A DNA stretch of 64,000 nucleotides from Candidatus Latescibacterota bacterium (GTDB taxonomy: Bacteria; Latescibacterota; UBA2968; GCA-2709665). Below the pieces are notes generated by a model, which saw only the letters and a program-made list of their open reading frames with translations, did no database searches and was not told the DNA's origin. This document shows, piece by piece, positions 60,016-64,000 of the stretch (positions within the stretch are counted from its first letter, which is position 1; each line of letters opens with the position of its first letter). The position numbers and the translations under genes were made by a program. The stretch is from assembly GCA_965116875.1 (NCBI GenBank), contig OZ220733.1, positions 896,001-960,000 on the forward strand. Reading direction: 5' to 3'.

Positions 60016-62270
60016 CGCTCATGCGCTAATAGTTCTCGAGCGATCACTGGCAATGCGGACAAGTTCAGTCGACTAGACAGTGCGTCTGAAAACACCAATT
60101 CGTCTCCCAGAAAAGGGTGGAATTTCTCGAAGATTAAAGCGTTCGCACGGTCTTGTATCAGGTCTGGCAAGTCCACTCTACCGCGCGCAATCTCCTCGAG
60201 TTGAGAAATAAGACGATTGGACTGAAATTTCGGCGAGGACACATCAAGTATTCCATCGAACATCCCGACGCGGTAGCCGAGGGCCGTCAACACAATAGCC
60301 AGCGAGGCAGAGCCAATTGTTCCTTTCCAAGGTGCGAGGAGATAACGATCGTCGGCGAATGACTGTATGGGCTCGTTATCGAGGCCCGAATGCCTGTAAG
60401 CCGCCCTGGCGGAAGACAATACCATTGCGGCTGTCTTATCGAGATAAGGCGGCATGATGTCGGCGAGCAGGACCGCACGCATACGTGCAACGACGGAGTC
60501 GTGAACCTCGCCCGCTTCACCACCGAATCGAGGCGGTTTTCCTGTAGGATCCGGCACCACGTCGATAATCTTGTCCCGGTCATTGACTTCAAGAACACGC
60601 CAGCGCCTTCCGACAAAAATAACGGTTATGTCTTCTGCGATAGGCGCATGGACCGGTAACGTCCCTAGCGTTCTTGATCCGTGTATTACGCGGTATTCCT
60701 GTGGCGTGCGAAAGACCGCATAGAAACTATAGTGCTCAACGATCCTCTCACCCTCTCGGCCGAGTAGAAGCGCTCCGTCCTGTGACTGTTCTATCAGACC
60801 AGTGTCTGGTTCACCGAGCTGACGCAATAGTCGTGCAAACAACAAAGGCTCGACTGACCGAAAGGGACCGCGTCTGCAAAGGATTGCAAAAAGACGCTCG
60901 GCGGATACACCCCCGTGTTCCGCGATTACTGAAAGTACCTGATGCGTAAGTGTTGAGAGGTGTAGAGCTTCGGACTTTGGAGGTTCGCACCAGCCCTCCA
61001 AAAGCAATTCAAGCATAGCAATCGAACGGATCAATCCCAGGTGAAGCCTCTCGATTGGATGCGACTCTCCGTCAATCTTCGGCTCGATGGTATACATGCG
61101 CAGCACTGCGGGCTCACCTGCGCGTCGCCCGGACCTGCCAAGCCGTTGACGCAGAGCCGAGACTGACCACGGTGCGCCGATCTGCCCGACGCAAACCACA
61201 TTGCCGATATCGATGCCGAGTTCCAAAGTAGAAGTGCAGACCGTCGTGACAGGAAGCTGTCCCTCCCTGAGCCGCTTTTCAACAAACCCACGGTGCTCCC
61301 GAGAAAGGCTCGCGTGATGCGGAAGAAACTCGTTTGGAAGATGCCGGTCCTCGCACATTTGACGAAGCATGTCTGAATAGACTTCCACATTTTCTCGAGA
61401 GCCTGCGAAGACCAGATTGTTGTGCCCACGCAGTTTTTCAAATATGTGCTCGGCCACAGCCCTCGTCGCAGATTGATTCTGCCCAAAGGCATCATCGGGA
61501 TCGGCATCTTCCGACTCACGGTTCCCGGTATGTCCGCGCGCAACGTATGTACGCAACTGTGATCGCAACTCCTGTCCATCTGACTGACTAACTATCTGTC
61601 TCACCTGTTCCGGCGCCTCGGGACGCAGGTATCTGTTGGCCAGGTCCAAATCTCCCAAGGTCGCCGACAACCCGACCCGACGAATACGCCTGCCTGTGGA
61701 GAGTTCAAGCCGCGTGAGTAGAGATCGCAAATGAACGCCACGTTCGGAGTCAAGAAGCGCATGAAGTTCGTCGATCACAATCGCTTGCGTGTCTGAAAAC
61801 AGGCGTGGTATATCCGCACCGCGTAGAACAAACATGGCTTCGAGCGACTCGGGCGTGATCAGTAGAATGCCACTCGGGTCCTTCCTGGCGCGAGCCTTAA
61901 CACCTTGCGAGATATCGCCGTGCCATGGATGCACAGGCACGTCAACCGCCTCGCATAGGTCTTCAAGCCTCCGAAATTGGTCATTTATCAAGGCTCGCAG
62001 GGGACCCACATAGACCAGGTCAAACCCCTCACCTTCCTGACCGTCATAAACTTTGGATATCAGCGGCAAAAACGCCGCTTCCGTCTTCCCACCAGCAGTT
62101 GCAGCGCTTACAATAACGTCGTCGTCATTGTCAATCAGCATTGGGATCGCGCGTTCTTGAATGTCCCGCAACGACGACCATTCCTTTTGCCAAATCCAGC
62201 GCCGTACAGGCTCCGCGAGCAGATCGAACGACCTGGACTCCCGTTCAGAGGCGGAAACTGGCGAGGTCAT
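60012..62270 (-). CDS. sngC: Lhr-like DEAD/DEAH helicase (Shango SngC-like)
   Basis: ATAGGKT, DELH, SAT, TLELGIDIG, QRLGRSGRR; operon context. Confidence 0.85.
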   Translation of the reverse strand: MTSPVSASERESRSFDLLAEPVRRWIWQKEWSSLRDIQERAIPMLIDNDDDVIVSAATAGGKTEAAFLPLISKVYDGQEGEGFDLVYVGPLRALINDQFRRLEDLCEAVDVPVHPWHGDISQGVKARARKDPSGILLITPESLEAMFVLRGADIPRLFSDTQAIVIDELHALLDSERGVHLRSLLTRLELSTGRRIRRVGLSATLGDLDLANRYLRPEAPEQVRQIVSQSDGQELRSQLRTYVARGHTGNRESEDADPDDAFGQNQSATRAVAEHIFEKLRGHNNLVFAGSRENVEVYSDMLRQMCEDRHLPNEFLPHHASLSREHRGFVEKRLREGQLPVTTVCTSTLELGIDIGNVVCVGQIGAPWSVSALRQRLGRSGRRAGEPAVLRMYTIEPKIDGESHPIERLHLGLIRSIAMLELLLEGWCEPPKSEALHLSTLTHQVLSVIAEHGGVSAERLFAILCRRGPFRSVEPLLFARLLRQLGEPDTGLIEQSQDGALLLGREGERIVEHYSFYAVFRTPQEYRVIHGSRTLGTLPVHAPIAEDITVIFVGRRWRVLEVNDRDKIIDVVPDPTGKPPRFGGEAGEVHDSVVARMRAVLLADIMPPYLDKTAAMVLSSARAAYRHSGLDNEPIQSFADDRYLLAPWKGTIGSASLAIVLTALGYRVGMFDGILDVSSPKFQSNRLISQLEEIARGRVDLPDLIQDRANALIFEKFHPFLGDELVFSDALSSRLNLSALPVIARELLAHER

Positions 62271-63567
62271 CGTCACCCTCTTGTCTGGTCTCGGATGCTT
62301 CAACGTCGATGATGTCGCTCAAATCATCGCCTTCATCTTTCTCGATCTCGACAGCATCTACCAAGTCGTGCCATTTGATTCCTGGATTCTGCTCCAAGAT
62401 CGAGAGCAAGTTGACGAAAGCAGTCACCGTTTTTCTCGGTGTTCGAAAATAGGCGTCGCCGATTCGTTGTGAGCAATGTTCCATAAAGGATTTCAAGGCT
62501 TCGTCCGGTGCGGCATCTACATCTTCTCCAAGAAATACTCGCCTGACGTTTGCCAAGAGAACGAACAAATCCTCTGGCGACAAATTCGTAAGACGTAGAA
62601 CGGGCCCCGAAAGATCGACGAGACCGTGTCTAGCGAATGCATTTTCTGCAAGTCGCGACTGGAGTGCTTCGTAGCTGTATAGTCCCCGCCTCGTGTCCAT
62701 AAGAAACTCAGGAGTACCACCCAATATGAACCCTATATGTGCAGCCCCACCTTGCAGGACATCGTTCAGGATACGAAGAATCTGTTCGTAGTTCGAGTTT
62801 CGTGCTTGGCTGTTGGTGAGTTTGTATAGGTTCACAAGTTCGTCGAGCGCTACCATCAATCCGCTATAACCCGCCTGCCGCACAAACGCGGACATAAGTT
62901 TCAGGTGATCGTAAACGCTGCTATCGTCAATGATTGTGCGCACTCCGAGTGCCTTGCGCGCATCTGTTCTGGTCGCGTACTCAGCTCTGATCCATCGCAG
63001 TGCATTCGCCTTGAGTTCTTCGTCTCCGTTTTCATGCCCTTCCCAATATCTTCCAATGACGTTCGCGAAATCGTAACCACCCGTGAGTTCCTCAAGATGA
63101 AGCAACTTTTCATGAATTACAGTGCTTGGAATCCGATCAGAGATTTCTGATTCCCTAACCGCCTGGGTGACGAACCTTTCAACTATGCTGGCGAGCGCCC
63201 CACCATCAGGTCTAGTGCGCGTGGAGGCGTTACTCGCAAGTTCCGCATACAGCGAGCGGGCTTGTCCACCTGTCGCATAGATACGCCTGTCCGGTGCTAG
63301 GTCGGCAGAGACAACGACCATACCTTTCTCAAGAGCAACGAGCCGTACAAGATTGATGAAGAATGTCTTGCCCGACCCGTACTCACCAATTACAAAGCGT
63401 AACGTGGCGCCACCTTCTGACATTCTCTCTACATCCCGGACCATTTCGGCAATTTCCCGTGCGCGCCCAACCTGTATGTGTTGCAGTCCAAGCTTTGGAA
63501 CAACACCGGCACGCAACGCTTGGATTATTGTGTCCCGCTCACGCCGCTTTATCTTGGGTCTATCCAC
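62245..63567 (-). CDS. sngB: DUF2791 P-loop ATPase (Shango SngB-like)
   Basis: ALRAGVVP, GEYGSGKT, LDE, YSYEALQSRL. Confidence 0.85.
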   Translation of the reverse strand: MDRPKIKRRERDTIIQALRAGVVPKLGLQHIQVGRAREIAEMVRDVERMSEGGATLRFVIGEYGSGKTFFINLVRLVALEKGMVVVSADLAPDRRIYATGGQARSLYAELASNASTRTRPDGGALASIVERFVTQAVRESEISDRIPSTVIHEKLLHLEELTGGYDFANVIGRYWEGHENGDEELKANALRWIRAEYATRTDARKALGVRTIIDDSSVYDHLKLMSAFVRQAGYSGLMVALDELVNLYKLTNSQARNSNYEQILRILNDVLQGGAAHIGFILGGTPEFLMDTRRGLYSYEALQSRLAENAFARHGLVDLSGPVLRLTNLSPEDLFVLLANVRRVFLGEDVDAAPDEALKSFMEHCSQRIGDAYFRTPRKTVTAFVNLLSILEQNPGIKWHDLVDAVEIEKDEGDDLSDIIDVEASETRQEGDDDLASFRL

Positions 63568-63579
63568 TTTTGTCTCCCG

Positions 63580-64000
63580 TCAATTCATTAGTCTTTGAGC
63601 GACATCTTCGTTGATTTCATAGCCGTCGTACTCTTCAATGAGGGCGTCTCCAAATCTCTCGAAGGCCCACTCATTAATGGTCTCAAGTGCGCCAGCCGCC
63701 ATCAATTGATTCTCGTCGGCGCTAGCAGTAACCTCCTCTTCTGTCCACCGAGGACGCGTGATCAATACCGACGCAACAGCCCTGTGCGGCGCGTCAAGGC
63801 CGTTGAACAATATGTCTCCTTCGGACTCCCTTTCGTCAGCGATCTCGACATCCTGGTCATCATCCTCGCCGAAAATGTCGCCAAGTACTTGGCTGACACG
63901 ATCTGTATCGGCGAATATTTCCGAAATGCGAGTTGAATCCAGTGTCACTGTACCTGTAGGCTTCTTGGCCGGCGCAGGAGGAATCGCATAATCCCGCGAG
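63580..64000 (-). CDS. sngA: TerB-C domain protein (Shango SngA-like), 3' part only
   Basis: LDSTRI..T..VS..L..IF, GLDAPH, ALETINEWAFE..GDALIE. Confidence 0.8.
   Translation of the reverse strand, partial: SRDYAIPPAPAKKPTGTVTLDSTRISEIFADTDRVSQVLGDIFGEDDDQDVEIADERESEGDILFNGLDAPHRAVASVLITRPRWTEEEVTASADENQLMAAGALETINEWAFERFGDALIEEYDGYEINEDVAQRLMN

Overview
GC-rich bacterial chromosomal segment. The gene content (PhyH dioxygenases, CRTAC1/FG-GAP protein, Gfo/Idh/MocA oxidoreductases, homocysteine S-methyltransferase paralogs) suggests, by inference only, an uncultured Latescibacterota/Gemmatimonadota/Poribacteria-like lineage. Core content: an Opp-type ABC transporter end, a triplicated Hcy S-methyltransferase cluster with a transglutaminase-like protein and an M14 peptidase, a TolC-MFP-RND pump, an M16 peptidase, frdABCD, fumC with a divergent LysR, nucleotide-sugar genes, meaB plus a B12-binding subunit, alkA, a ROK kinase and a NatAB-like exporter. 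An accessory region at about 13.2-22 kb holds orphan HEPN and MNT genes, a four-helix-bundle gene bracketed by heptamer arrays, an IS21 remnant, an AAA-ATPase/DUF4143 gene flanked on both sides by triple 23-bp repeats, an intact IS1380 and a DUF4258/DUF2283-like TA pair. The right end (58.7-64 kb) is a Shango-type defence operon extended by a fourth, apparently coupled gene with 22-aa repeats, an HNH-like motif and hydrophobic helices. Intergenic regions are packed with nested small repeat families (REP/REPIN-like, heptamer-bounded elements, IS5-type MITEs). No rRNA, tRNA or CRISPR array was recognised. Family assignments come from motif recognition by eye; no searches were run.
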